DNA of 64,000 nucleotides from NCBI GenBank assembly GCA_021791915.1, contig JAJYVQ010000001.1, forward strand, positions 9,875 to 73,874. Reading direction: 5' to 3'. Under the pieces are notes generated by a model. That model was given only the letters and a program-made list of their open reading frames with translations. It was not told the DNA's origin and did no database searches. Source of the stretch: Actinomycetes bacterium (lineage in GTDB: Bacteria; Actinomycetota; Acidimicrobiia; Acidimicrobiales; JABEUL01). The position numbers were made by a program, and so were the translations under genes. Of the stretch, positions 47,190 through 56,610 are shown piece after piece. Every line of letters starts with the position of its first letter. Positions within the stretch are counted from its first letter, which is position 1.

Positions 47190-48353
47190 GTGAATAATCT
47201 AGTTGCTATTGACCTACCTCAAACACAAGACTTGCTGAAACTTATAGCCTCAATCTGGGACGATGGTGATGCTATATATTTTATCGATCAAAGATTTTCT
47301 GATAAATTAAAACAACAGGCTATCGACTCGGTACGTCCCAAATACTTAATTAACTTAGAAGGTAAATGCGAACTTAATAATTCGATTGAAGTATGTCACG
47401 GAGACGCACTGATTATTTCAACAAGCGGCACTACTGGCAAGCCAAAAGCTCTGATTCATACATTCGATAGCTTAAAAAGTCATAGCCGGCTGGTTAACGA
47501 GTATTTAAAAATCAATTCTCAAAAAGATAAATGGATAGCGTGTTTGCCGTTAAATCACATAGGTGGATTGGGGGTAGTATTGCGATCCATGTTTGAAAAC
47601 TTTGAAGTAGCGATATTAGAAAAACCCGATCCTAAGCGAATTAACGACTTGAACCGAGAGGGATTTAATTTAATTTCACTTGTTATTACTATCCTGTCGA
47701 AGATCGATATTTCGCATTTTAAAGCAGTAGTCCTTGGAGGAATGGCAGAACCAGAAAAAACTCAAGACAACGTATTTGCAACATATGGTTTAACTGAAAC
47801 CGGTGGCGGTGTAGTTTATAACGGACAAACACTAAATAAAGTAAGTATTAGAATCGACAAAGATTCTAGTTTAATTTCCGTAAAAACTCCGACCCTATTT
47901 AGGGGATACAGAAGTTTATTCAATGAAACATTACACGTATATGAAATCTCAGCTCAAGGGATAGAACCAGAGTTAACAGATGGTTACTTTCAAACATCTG
48001 ACTGCGGATTTTTTGACAACGACAGGTTAAAGATACTTGGTCGAACCGACGACGTAATCAATACTGGTGGCGAAAAAATCTGGCCCGGTACTATTGAAAG
48101 TGAAATATCTGCAATCGAAGGGATAATAGAAGTTGCAGTTGTGCCAGTCGCAGACGTCAAGTGGGGTCACAAAATAGTTGCAGCTATTACAAAGCAACCG
48201 CAATCAAAAATTACAGTGACTGAGATCGCCAATGTCATACGAGATTCACTATCAGATTGGGCAGTGCCCAAAGAAATAAAGTTTGTACAAGAACTACCTA
48301 AAACCTCGATTGGCAAAATAGATAAACAAGCCGTGATTGAAATGTTTAAATGA
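47190..48353 (+). CDS. menE: o-succinylbenzoate--CoA ligase
   Basis: 387 aa compact adenylate-forming enzyme. STSGTTGKPK, YGLTETGG and GKIDK motifs, GTG start, men-cluster context. Confidence 0.75.
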   Translation: MNNLVAIDLPQTQDLLKLIASIWDDGDAIYFIDQRFSDKLKQQAIDSVRPKYLINLEGKCELNNSIEVCHGDALIISTSGTTGKPKALIHTFDSLKSHSRLVNEYLKINSQKDKWIACLPLNHIGGLGVVLRSMFENFEVAILEKPDPKRINDLNREGFNLISLVITILSKIDISHFKAVVLGGMAEPEKTQDNVFATYGLTETGGGVVYNGQTLNKVSIRIDKDSSLISVKTPTLFRGYRSLFNETLHVYEISAQGIEPELTDGYFQTSDCGFFDNDRLKILGRTDDVINTGGEKIWPGTIESEISAIEGIIEVAVVPVADVKWGHKIVAAITKQPQSKITVTEIANVIRDSLSDWAVPKEIKFVQELPKTSIGKIDKQAVIEMFK

Positions 48354-48607
48354 TGAGGAAGGTCACTAATAATTTCCTACCCAGGTTAATAAAACTTGGA
48401 TACATCACTTGTGATTGAAACAGTTAAGTTAATCGATCAAATAACTTGTTAACTGCCAAATAGATGAGACGATAAATAAGGTTGTTAACTCAGACAACGA
48501 AAATCAGAACGACGAATTAAGTGAAACTAGCCTTTAAATATACAAGATTAAGTCGTATTTATGAAACCACTTGGGATTGAATTTCATACCTAGTAGTTAA
48601 ATGTTTA

Positions 48608-49195
48608 CTAAACCTCTAAATCGCTAAGGACCTCTCTAGCATAATCCCCATCTATTTCTACCCGAAAGTTATAGTTTTTATGTTCTATTCCCACAATGAA
48701 TTTGCCTACCGTTAAATCTTCTTTCAAACTGCTTAAGTTAAAACTAATATAATGAACGCTTGCTGTTATATCTTCTTTGGTCAACAGTTTTTCATGTTCT
48801 GACAGTGGAACTGAGTAAATTACCTCCTTGAGATTAACATCTGAGATAAAAACTGACTTTTCAATTCCAACTAATTTTGGGAGCCATTCTTTAAGGTCTG
48901 CTTCAGAAGTAAGCTCTATAAATAAAGTAGCTTTCAATTCCGACAAGTCAGGTATTAAAGAGTTATAAATGTCCAGTTCAACTTGAATCCCCTCATCGGT
49001 TGAAATCTTTTCAGCTCGAGCCATCTCCTGGATTTGAAACACAACAGTGTCTCTATTTTCAAAAACTAAAGAAACTAGCGGACCTACGTGAACTCTTCTA
49101 AGTTTCTTTTTGGCAATGATTTTTTGCAGATATTCAGGCCGAACTCTTTCATACTCTCTTAAATCTAAAATATCAGCTAACTCAAGTCGTTTCAC
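48608..49195 (-). CDS. DUF3501-like protein
   Basis: 195 aa, last gene of the rubrerythrin/Fe-S operon. The family assignment comes from my memory of a recurrent Fe-S protein/DUF3501 gene pair. Confidence 0.45.
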   Translation of the reverse strand: MKRLELADILDLREYERVRPEYLQKIIAKKKLRRVHVGPLVSLVFENRDTVVFQIQEMARAEKISTDEGIQVELDIYNSLIPDLSELKATLFIELTSEADLKEWLPKLVGIEKSVFISDVNLKEVIYSVPLSEHEKLLTKEDITASVHYISFNLSSLKEDLTVGKFIVGIEHKNYNFRVEIDGDYAREVLSDLEV

Positions 49196-49216
49196 AATTG
49201 ATATCCTAAGCCAAAA

Positions 49217-50515
49217 CTAACTCTTTTTATCTATACCGTAAGCTTTTTCTAATAGTTCGATAGGATGAACTACAGTAGATCCAGTTTGTTCAAAGATGGA
49301 AGTATTTGCCAAATGACAGTCGCCTACAACTAACGAAGATTTAAGAGTCTCAACTTTTTCAATAAGCGGTTTGCTTACTTTCATCGCCAATTCCATATTT
49401 TTTTCTCTGTAACCCCAAGTACCGTCGATTCCCGAACACTCCTGAATCAGATCTACTTTTATTCCCGCAAGTTTCATCAAATCTCTTGCCTTGTAGCCGT
49501 TCATCTGAGCGCGTAAATGACAGGCGCAGTGATATGAAACACTTTCAGGAATCTCACCGTCAAAATCTAATTTTAGAACTCTATCATCTGAGTTCTTTAA
49601 CCCAATCAAGTACTCCGAAATATCCAAAGTATTTTCTGCTACGTTTTTAGATTTTTCTGTTTTTAAATAACGGGGATAGTCTTGCTTTAAAATATAAGCA
49701 CAAGTTGGCTGAGATACTACTATCTTTCTGTTTTGTGCTACTTCAATAGCGAGCCGATCTACATTTAATTTAGCCGAATCTACAAACTTATCTATTTCTC
49801 CAGAGTGCAAATATGGAGCACCGCAACACCTTATCCCCGAAGGATTGGTTACTGATATGTCGTTGTGCTCTAGTACTCTAACAGTACTTTTACCTATTGA
49901 AGGTTGCATATATTCAACAAAACATGTAGTAAAAAGTGCTACAGATTCCTGAGGATTCTTAACGGTATTTACCTTTCTTTTTCTCCACCATGTCGAAAAT
50001 CTCTGCTTGGCGTAAGGCGGCAACAACCTTTTTGAACTAATCCCGATTGTCGACTCTGTTAATTTACGAACAAAAGTATTGGGTTTAGTTACAAGCTTAT
50101 TGGTTAACTCAGGAAAAATGGTTGCCACGTTTCCAGATAAGTCGGTCTTTGCCAAGGCTTTTTTTGCTAGAGCCTCTTTTTTTGAATCTAATCTATTTTT
50201 GACGCGTACCGCTTGAGCACGCATCATCATTCTGGGAAAATCCAGATCCCACTCGTGAGGCGGAATGTAAGGGCATTTGAGGTAACATAGTTTACACTGA
50301 TAACATTCGTCAATTACTTGATCCCGCTGAGGCCTACTTAACTTTTCAACTTGACCATCCAACTCGTCTATAAAGCTAAATAGAGTCGGAAATGACGGAC
50401 AAAGGTTGTAGCACAACCGACACCCATGGCAGATATCAAAAACCCTAAGCGACTCTGCTTCAAAATCGCCTTCGTTATAATAAGCCTTATCAGCGGGATC
50501 GTAAGTAGTAGTCAT
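49217..50515 (-). CDS. (Fe-S)-binding protein, HdrD/GlpC-like (2x[4Fe-4S] ferredoxin motifs + CCG domains)
   Basis: 432 aa. CHGCRLCYNLCP and CYQCKLCYLKCP (CX2CX2CX3CP twice), then FTTCFVEY...CCGAP and a second Cys-rich half. Confidence 0.8.
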   Translation of the reverse strand: MTTTYDPADKAYYNEGDFEAESLRVFDICHGCRLCYNLCPSFPTLFSFIDELDGQVEKLSRPQRDQVIDECYQCKLCYLKCPYIPPHEWDLDFPRMMMRAQAVRVKNRLDSKKEALAKKALAKTDLSGNVATIFPELTNKLVTKPNTFVRKLTESTIGISSKRLLPPYAKQRFSTWWRKRKVNTVKNPQESVALFTTCFVEYMQPSIGKSTVRVLEHNDISVTNPSGIRCCGAPYLHSGEIDKFVDSAKLNVDRLAIEVAQNRKIVVSQPTCAYILKQDYPRYLKTEKSKNVAENTLDISEYLIGLKNSDDRVLKLDFDGEIPESVSYHCACHLRAQMNGYKARDLMKLAGIKVDLIQECSGIDGTWGYREKNMELAMKVSKPLIEKVETLKSSLVVGDCHLANTSIFEQTGSTVVHPIELLEKAYGIDKKS

Positions 50516-50526
50516 TTATGTATCAG

Positions 50527-50946
50527 TTAGGAGACGGCCTCTAATCCTTTTGTAAATCTACCTGCATGACTTTTTTCTGCTTTTGCCAAAGTTTCCATCC
50601 GCTCAGCAATCGAATCAAATCCTTCTTCTCTTGCTATTTTGGCAAATCCAGGATACATTTCTGTATATTCGTAGGTTTCACCGGTAATGGCAGATTTAAG
50701 GTTGTCTTCAGTAGGTCCAACTGGCACTCCAGTCACTGGATCTCCGACTTCTGCTAAAAAGTCAAAATGACCGAAAGCGTGACCTGTTTCTCCTTCAGCA
50801 ACTGACCTAAACAGTGCAGCTACGTCGGGGTACCCTTCTACATCAGCTTTCTGAGCAAAATAAAGATATCGCCTATTTGCTTGGCTTTCACCAGCAAAGG
50901 CTTCCTTTAAATTTGCCTCTGTTTTGCTTCCTTTTAATGATGGCAT
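50527..50946 (-). CDS. rubrerythrin-family diiron protein (no rubredoxin domain)
   Basis: 139 aa. ESQANRRYLYF, EGETGHAFGH, ETYEYTEMYP and AEKSHAGRF are the paired ExxH diiron ligand helices. Confidence 0.85.
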   Translation of the reverse strand: MPSLKGSKTEANLKEAFAGESQANRRYLYFAQKADVEGYPDVAALFRSVAEGETGHAFGHFDFLAEVGDPVTGVPVGPTEDNLKSAITGETYEYTEMYPGFAKIAREEGFDSIAERMETLAKAEKSHAGRFTKGLEAVS

Positions 50947-51017
50947 ATTGTTTCCTTTCTTTTTTCTAATTTATTTTTTTCTTAAAATCTCTTTAATACT
51001 GGTGTTAAAAGTAAAAC

Positions 51018-51039
51018 TGTTTAATTTAAACAAAACAGT
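51018..51039 (-). promoter_or_regulatory. palindrome TGTTTAA-T-TTAAACA overlapping the Fur-like gene stop; alternatively a weak hairpin plus U-tract between the Fur-like gene and rubrerythrin
   Basis: 51018-51032 is a perfect 7-1-7 inverted repeat. The alternative 7 bp stem ACTGTTT/AAACAGT (51016-51022 with 51033-51039) is followed on the minus strand by TTTTACTTTT. The site lies 72-86 bp upstream of the rubrerythrin start. Confidence 0.3.
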
Positions 51040-51451
51040 CTACACACAGCCCCCTTAATACAATATCAATTTTGTCAATTTTAAAATTGTTTAAAGCATC
51101 ATCAGACAAATCTATCATTTTGCTGTTAACTTTTAGATCTACATCATTTACCTTAGAACATTTTTTACATACTAAATGCTGGTGTGAGATCTTTACGTTT
51201 GGATCGTACCGAATTGTTCCTGTACCTAAATCGATTATCTCTAGTTGATTTAACTCTGCTAACTCATTTAAGATTTGATAAACGGTTTTTAGGGAAATAT
51301 TACCGATTTGAATCTTAGCTTGATTGTATATGTCCTCAGCAGACGGATGGCTACTATTTGATTGCAATATCTTGAAGATGCATAGACGCTGTGGCGTAAT
51401 CTTTCGCTTGTGCCTATGGTACATTTCAACTAAACTGTCTACTGAATCCAC
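51026..51451 (-). CDS. Fur family transcriptional regulator (PerR/Fur-like)
   Basis: 141 aa. The winged-helix part ITPQRLCIFKIL..HPSAEDIY, plus two CxxC pairs (CKKCSKV, CVDC). GTG start at 51451, or ATG at 51424. Confidence 0.8.
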   Translation of the reverse strand: MDSVDSLVEMYHRHKRKITPQRLCIFKILQSNSSHPSAEDIYNQAKIQIGNISLKTVYQILNELAELNQLEIIDLGTGTIRYDPNVKISHQHLVCKKCSKVNDVDLKVNSKMIDLSDDALNNFKIDKIDIVLRGLCVDCFV

Positions 51452-51461
51452 AAATTATAGT

Positions 51462-51478
51462 TTAACAAATATTGTTAA
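51462..51478. promoter_or_regulatory. candidate operator: perfect inverted repeat TTAACAA-ATA-TTGTTAA just upstream of the Fur-family gene
   Basis: Read directly from the sequence. It lies 11-27 bp upstream of the GTG start. The AT-rich 7-3-7 dyad is of the size used by Fur/PerR regulators. Confidence 0.35.
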
Positions 51479-51619
51479 CTAACATTTCAGATAAATACAT
51501 GACGAGTGATTCTTCGTAGTTTACGGAAATATTTAACTCTATAAAATTTTATTATTATTTCGACTTTAGAATAAATTAGAGATTAGCCACAAATACAGTA
51601 TCTGCTGTAGCATTAAATT

Positions 51620-53095
51620 TTAAAAACTAATTTCTGAAAGCTCAGGAATCCACTTTAATGCTCTTTTTTTGGCCTCAGCCCACTTTTCACGTGTAGAATG
51701 ACCGTTGGGTTCAATGATTTGAGAGGGCTTATATAGACTTTGTATGTCAGAAAATGACTTTAAGTAACCCAATTGGAGATAGACCAAATAGGCAACTCCT
51801 AAAGTTGTAGCTTCAGCAACTCCTGAGACTTCAATTGGTATCTCGCAGGCATTTGCAAGTAACTGACAAAAGACCTTATTTTGGACCATCTTGCCGTCTA
51901 CTTTTAGTGTCTCAATTAAAAGTTTGGAATCTTTAATCATGGCGTCTCTCATATCTGCAGCCATATTTGCTATCCCGTCTAATACTGCAACTATTATCTT
52001 ATTTTTATCAGTGGCCAAGCTCAATCCAAAAAAAGCTCCCGTAGCTCCAAAATCCCAATTTGGAGTACCAATCCCAGATAAACCAGGAACAAAATATACA
52101 TCGGAGCTTTGAGAATAGTCACAAGTCACACTATTTGCATCCTCTACGGTGCTTATTAACTTGAGATTATCTTTTAGCCACTGAATGTTAGATCCTGCTG
52201 ACAACATAACAGCTTCAAGTCCCCAAGTTAATTTACCGTTAGTTGCCCACGCTACTACCGGAATCGTGCCGTTTGAACTTTGTCCATAAATTGAAGGCTT
52301 TGACTCTATAACCTGATCTAACATTGATCCTGTACCGAACGTAGCTTTTGTATCTCCTGCTACCACACAGCTTTGGCCTATTAAAGATGCCTGTTGATCC
52401 CCTAATATTGCCAGAATCGGTGGACTCCCTTTTAAATTGCTTGCAACTGCCAGTTCTCCAACCGAATCGGTTACAACAGGAAGCATGTGACGAGGAATAT
52501 CTAACTTTTTTAATAGATCACTGTTCCATTCAAAAGGATTAGTATATACTAATCCGCTCAAAGCAACGTTTGAAGCGTCAGTAATATGAGTTCCCGTCTT
52601 AGAGTTGTTTTCGTGACTAAGACAGTATACGACGTACGAATCTATTGTTCCAACACATAAGTCTTCGTCCCTAAGCACTGGATTTTGATTTAAAACATAA
52701 GCAAACTTACTAGCAGAGACATTGGGAGCCAGCCTAAAGTTTTCATTTTGTAACGCAAGACACTCCCCTACCGTACGAAGGCCTTGCCAACTAATACCTT
52801 TAAACACCGGATCACCAGTGGACCTGTTCCAAACAATAGCAGATGCCCTTTGGTTACTAATACCTATACCCTTAGGAACTCCATAATCTATAATTGCATT
52901 GTTACAGAGTTCTAATACTTTAGTTCTCAGTTCAGTTGGCTCAAATTCGACAACTCCATCTGCATCTGTTGTAGGTAAAAAAGCAGTGGCATAAATCTTT
53001 ACAAAATTAAAGTTGGAATCGATAACAGATACCCTTATCGAAGAACTGCCAACGTCTATTACGCAAATTTTGTCTGAGTCACTCATTAAAGCCAC
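51620..53095 (-). CDS. glpK: glycerol kinase (FGGY family)
   Basis: 491 aa. The N-terminal phosphate loop VIDVGSSSIRVSV is divergent from the usual DQGTTSSR, but ILGDQQASLIGQ and the FGGY C-terminal half are present. The gene lies next to glpD. Confidence 0.7.
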   Translation of the reverse strand: MALMSDSDKICVIDVGSSSIRVSVIDSNFNFVKIYATAFLPTTDADGVVEFEPTELRTKVLELCNNAIIDYGVPKGIGISNQRASAIVWNRSTGDPVFKGISWQGLRTVGECLALQNENFRLAPNVSASKFAYVLNQNPVLRDEDLCVGTIDSYVVYCLSHENNSKTGTHITDASNVALSGLVYTNPFEWNSDLLKKLDIPRHMLPVVTDSVGELAVASNLKGSPPILAILGDQQASLIGQSCVVAGDTKATFGTGSMLDQVIESKPSIYGQSSNGTIPVVAWATNGKLTWGLEAVMLSAGSNIQWLKDNLKLISTVEDANSVTCDYSQSSDVYFVPGLSGIGTPNWDFGATGAFFGLSLATDKNKIIVAVLDGIANMAADMRDAMIKDSKLLIETLKVDGKMVQNKVFCQLLANACEIPIEVSGVAEATTLGVAYLVYLQLGYLKSFSDIQSLYKPSQIIEPNGHSTREKWAEAKKRALKWIPELSEISF

Positions 53096-53202
53096 CGCCT
53101 TTTAGATTTATACTTTATTTAGACCAATCTGGCTAAATCTTATATACGAATACGAACAAACAAATATGTCAGTTAAATTTGGAATTACACTTAACTCTAA
53201 AT

Positions 53203-54717
53203 TTAGGGTAGTTCGGAAATAATTTCCTCAACTTTTAAACCAAGCTTAAATGGATTCAAAATTCCCTTAGGGTCCAACTGACTTTTTATTCCTTCTAATA
53301 CGCTAAATGACTCCTTTAAGGCTGTTTTCATATAGCCCGACCTGTTTAAACCAATCCCATGATGGTGACTTATGGCTCCATTGTATTTTTCAACCGTTTG
53401 CATTACTGCATCCCAACAAAGCCTGTAGTAAGTCTCATTGAAATTTTCACCCGAGTTTTCTCCACTAATTCCAGCAAACGTAAAATACAAACAAGCTCCA
53501 GACATATAGGCATGGCTTTGATGAGCGGACGCATTTACAGTCCCTTCCACTGCTTTTAATGAAGTTACTACTTCATCATACAATAAGGGCAGACTAGTCC
53601 AATCTGATGAAATCTCAATTGTATCTAAACAAACTCCCATTTTTGTGAAATGCCCCAAGCCGCTTACGTCATTTCTATTTTCCAACCAATCGTCTACAAG
53701 CTTTTCGTCCAAAACTTCTAAGTCTTTGCACTCTTCTAATAAAATACTAAAGTTGGCATCGACCAAAAACCTCTCACCTTCATCCATTACTATGATGATG
53801 TTCTTATCTTTTAATTTAAAATTTCTTTCTGACTCGACCGAGTCATAAAGTCTCAGAACCGCTATATTTGCTTCTCGTTGAATTATATTTTGGCAGACTT
53901 TTAGGCCGTTAGCAAAACTTTGTGCGCTAAATGCTGCTTTGCGCTTATACTTAGGTAAACTATGAACCCTAAATGTCGCTTTGGAAATTATACCTAAGGT
54001 ACCTTCGGATCCTACGAACAACTGGTTTAAGTCAGGTCCGACCGCAGATTTTGGCGCATTTGTTCCAGTTTTTATAATTGAGCCGTCGGACAGTACTACT
54101 TCCAAGGAAAGTACCATATCTTCAATCTTTCCATACTTATTGGAAAGTTGACCGGCCGATCTGCATGCCAACCAGCCTCCCACTGTAGATATGTCAAATG
54201 ACTGCGGGAAGTGACCAAGAGTCAAAGCAAAATCCTCCTGTAGCTTAGATTCCACTTCTGGTCCAAAGTAGCCACAAGAAACCGTGAGTGTCTTGGAGTC
54301 TTCGTTAACCGAAAACTCTTCTTTCACATTTGTAAGATCTAAGCTAATAGAACCAGGAATGCATATAACTCCTCCAGATACACCGGATCGTCCAGCAGCC
54401 GGAGTTACAGGGATGACATACTCGTAGGCCAACTTTAAAATCTTTGAGATCTCATTTGTACTCGTCGGATAAATTACGACTCCTGGAAAAGTTGGAACCA
54501 TCGCCTTTTGCGCCCATTGAAGGCTCAATGGCCACCAGTCTCGGGAATGCTCAGCTAAAGCTTGCAGCTTTATATCAAATCTAATTCCCAAATCTGACAA
54601 TCGATCATAGAACTCCTGTGGAATTATTACATTTTTGTTTATATTGAGTCTCTGTTTTAAGTCTTCGTAACCTACGGAAAATTCAACTGGAGGATCAGGC
54701 TCTATTTTTGGGGTCAT
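53203..54717 (-). CDS. FAD-linked oxidase (FAD_binding_4; GlcD / alkyl-DHAP-synthase-like)
   Basis: 504 aa. PAAGRSGVSGG and GSEGTLGII FAD-binding blocks are present. The C-terminal HHHGIG is typical of this family. Confidence 0.75.
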   Translation of the reverse strand: MTPKIEPDPPVEFSVGYEDLKQRLNINKNVIIPQEFYDRLSDLGIRFDIKLQALAEHSRDWWPLSLQWAQKAMVPTFPGVVIYPTSTNEISKILKLAYEYVIPVTPAAGRSGVSGGVICIPGSISLDLTNVKEEFSVNEDSKTLTVSCGYFGPEVESKLQEDFALTLGHFPQSFDISTVGGWLACRSAGQLSNKYGKIEDMVLSLEVVLSDGSIIKTGTNAPKSAVGPDLNQLFVGSEGTLGIISKATFRVHSLPKYKRKAAFSAQSFANGLKVCQNIIQREANIAVLRLYDSVESERNFKLKDKNIIIVMDEGERFLVDANFSILLEECKDLEVLDEKLVDDWLENRNDVSGLGHFTKMGVCLDTIEISSDWTSLPLLYDEVVTSLKAVEGTVNASAHQSHAYMSGACLYFTFAGISGENSGENFNETYYRLCWDAVMQTVEKYNGAISHHHGIGLNRSGYMKTALKESFSVLEGIKSQLDPKGILNPFKLGLKVEEIISELP

Positions 54718-56435
54718 TAGACAGTTTTGCTTTCGTTTTCAAAAGAGTAAAATCTCTCAACTTCGGTAGTAAATTCTTTAATCTGAGCCTGTTTATACGA
54801 ATCGGTCCAGTTTAAATGCTCTGCCATGAAGGTTGCCACTTCTGGAACTGCCTTAAGGGTAGAAGCTTTATCGAAAATAACCGATCTTGTTCTTCTTGAA
54901 AGTATGTCATCTAAAGTTAAGGCCCATTCGTGATAGATTCCATAGTAGATTTCTACATACAAATAAGGTAAACCATCAACTACCTGCTTTCCTAATTTCG
55001 GATCCTTCTCAATTGCGGCGATCAAGTCATTTGCGACAATCCCATATCTACCAAATAGGTGATCGAATAAAATAACATCAACGTTATCTGGATACTTAAT
55101 CTCAAGATTAGGCATACCAAACCGAACAAGTTTTTTGTCGACTGGAGAACCCATCAATGCAAGCCTTCTAGTTCGACATTTCAATTTAGTTAAATTTAAT
55201 TGGCAAACTAAATCTACTGTATCTTCAGCCATTTTCCTATAAGTCGTAAGTTTACCACCGGTGACGGTGATCACGTTAGACTCTGATTTAGTAACTTTGT
55301 GCTGTCTGGAAAGATCCGCCGTCTTTGAAGTAAGCGTTTTGGTATGTGTTTCTTGCTTCAAGAGAGGTCTTAGTCCCGACCAAGCTCCTAGTACATCCGA
55401 TCTGGATATGTTAGCGGTAGTCGAATCGTTAACAGCTTCAATTAAGTAATCGACATCTTCTAGGGTGCAATCTGGATCAAATATATCTCCACTATAACCT
55501 GTATCGGTAGTACCGATATAAGTTTCAGTTCCCCATGGAATCACAAAAATGGATCGTTTGTCTTTTCGCACCGGTATAACACAAGCAATATTGCAGGGCA
55601 ATTTCTTTCCGTCGACCGCAATATGGATACCCTTAGCAGCCACGATGCTTTTCGGGTGGAGTCCCTCATCTTGTGCCCTAACTTCATCGCTGTACACCCC
55701 AGTAGCGTTAACTACGGCTTTTGCCTTAATTTCAAAAGTCTCAGTTTCATCTTCTGAACCTGTGGGCTTCTTTGCAGTTACTTTTATCCCTCGTACTTTA
55801 GAATTGTTGTCATAGATAAATCCCACCGCTTCTGCATAGTTTAGTAATATTGCCCCGTAGTTTGCTGCCGTCTTTGCAACTGTTAAAGTTAAACGCGAAT
55901 CATCTGTTCTGGCATCATAATAGATCATTCCCGCAGCGACTATCTCTTTTTTTAATGACGGTAATAACCTTAAAGTCTCTTCGGCGGTAATCCTCCTGTG
56001 AAGCTTTCCTATCCTAAACCCACCCGTAATATCATATGCCGACAGTGCAACTGACATTAGTCTGGCAAAACTTTTATTAACTACACCCTTTCGCCCATAA
56101 AGCGGGATTAAAAACGGTAGTGGTTTTACGATGTGTGAGGCATTCAACAAAAGTCTTTGCCTCTCGGCTAAAGACTCATAAACTAGTTTCACTTCCTTTT
56201 GTTGCAAATATCTAAGACCACCATGTACTAGTTTGGAAGACTTAGAAGAAGTACCGGAAGATAAGTCGTTTTTTTCCACCAATGCAGTCTTAAGACCTCG
56301 GCTTTGAGCATCCAGAGCAATACCTGCACCCGTAATTCCCCCTCCGATCACTACTAAATCAAATTCTGAAGTCTTCAGATTCTCAATTTGTTTCAAACGA
56401 CTTTCAATAGGTGACTTCAAATTTTTTCTTTCCAA
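54717..56435 (-). CDS. glpD: glycerol-3-phosphate dehydrogenase (FAD-dependent)
   Basis: 572 aa. Dinucleotide fold DLVVIGGGITGAGIALDA, SSKSSKLVHGGLRYL and the C-terminal GlpD extension are present. Confidence 0.88.
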   Translation of the reverse strand: MERKNLKSPIESRLKQIENLKTSEFDLVVIGGGITGAGIALDAQSRGLKTALVEKNDLSSGTSSKSSKLVHGGLRYLQQKEVKLVYESLAERQRLLLNASHIVKPLPFLIPLYGRKGVVNKSFARLMSVALSAYDITGGFRIGKLHRRITAEETLRLLPSLKKEIVAAGMIYYDARTDDSRLTLTVAKTAANYGAILLNYAEAVGFIYDNNSKVRGIKVTAKKPTGSEDETETFEIKAKAVVNATGVYSDEVRAQDEGLHPKSIVAAKGIHIAVDGKKLPCNIACVIPVRKDKRSIFVIPWGTETYIGTTDTGYSGDIFDPDCTLEDVDYLIEAVNDSTTANISRSDVLGAWSGLRPLLKQETHTKTLTSKTADLSRQHKVTKSESNVITVTGGKLTTYRKMAEDTVDLVCQLNLTKLKCRTRRLALMGSPVDKKLVRFGMPNLEIKYPDNVDVILFDHLFGRYGIVANDLIAAIEKDPKLGKQVVDGLPYLYVEIYYGIYHEWALTLDDILSRRTRSVIFDKASTLKAVPEVATFMAEHLNWTDSYKQAQIKEFTTEVERFYSFENESKTV

Positions 56436-56610
56436 GTAGTAAGTTGACCATCCACCAGTTCAATGCAAACTAGTTTCTAATATAAAATATGCAATCATAG
56501 CTTATCTTCAAATTTTTAATAAATTATAAATAATTTGACTTGATGCATATACATCTTAAGTTATTATGCACTGTTTTCTGACAAACTTTAAGGGAGGTAA
56601 AGTAAAGATT

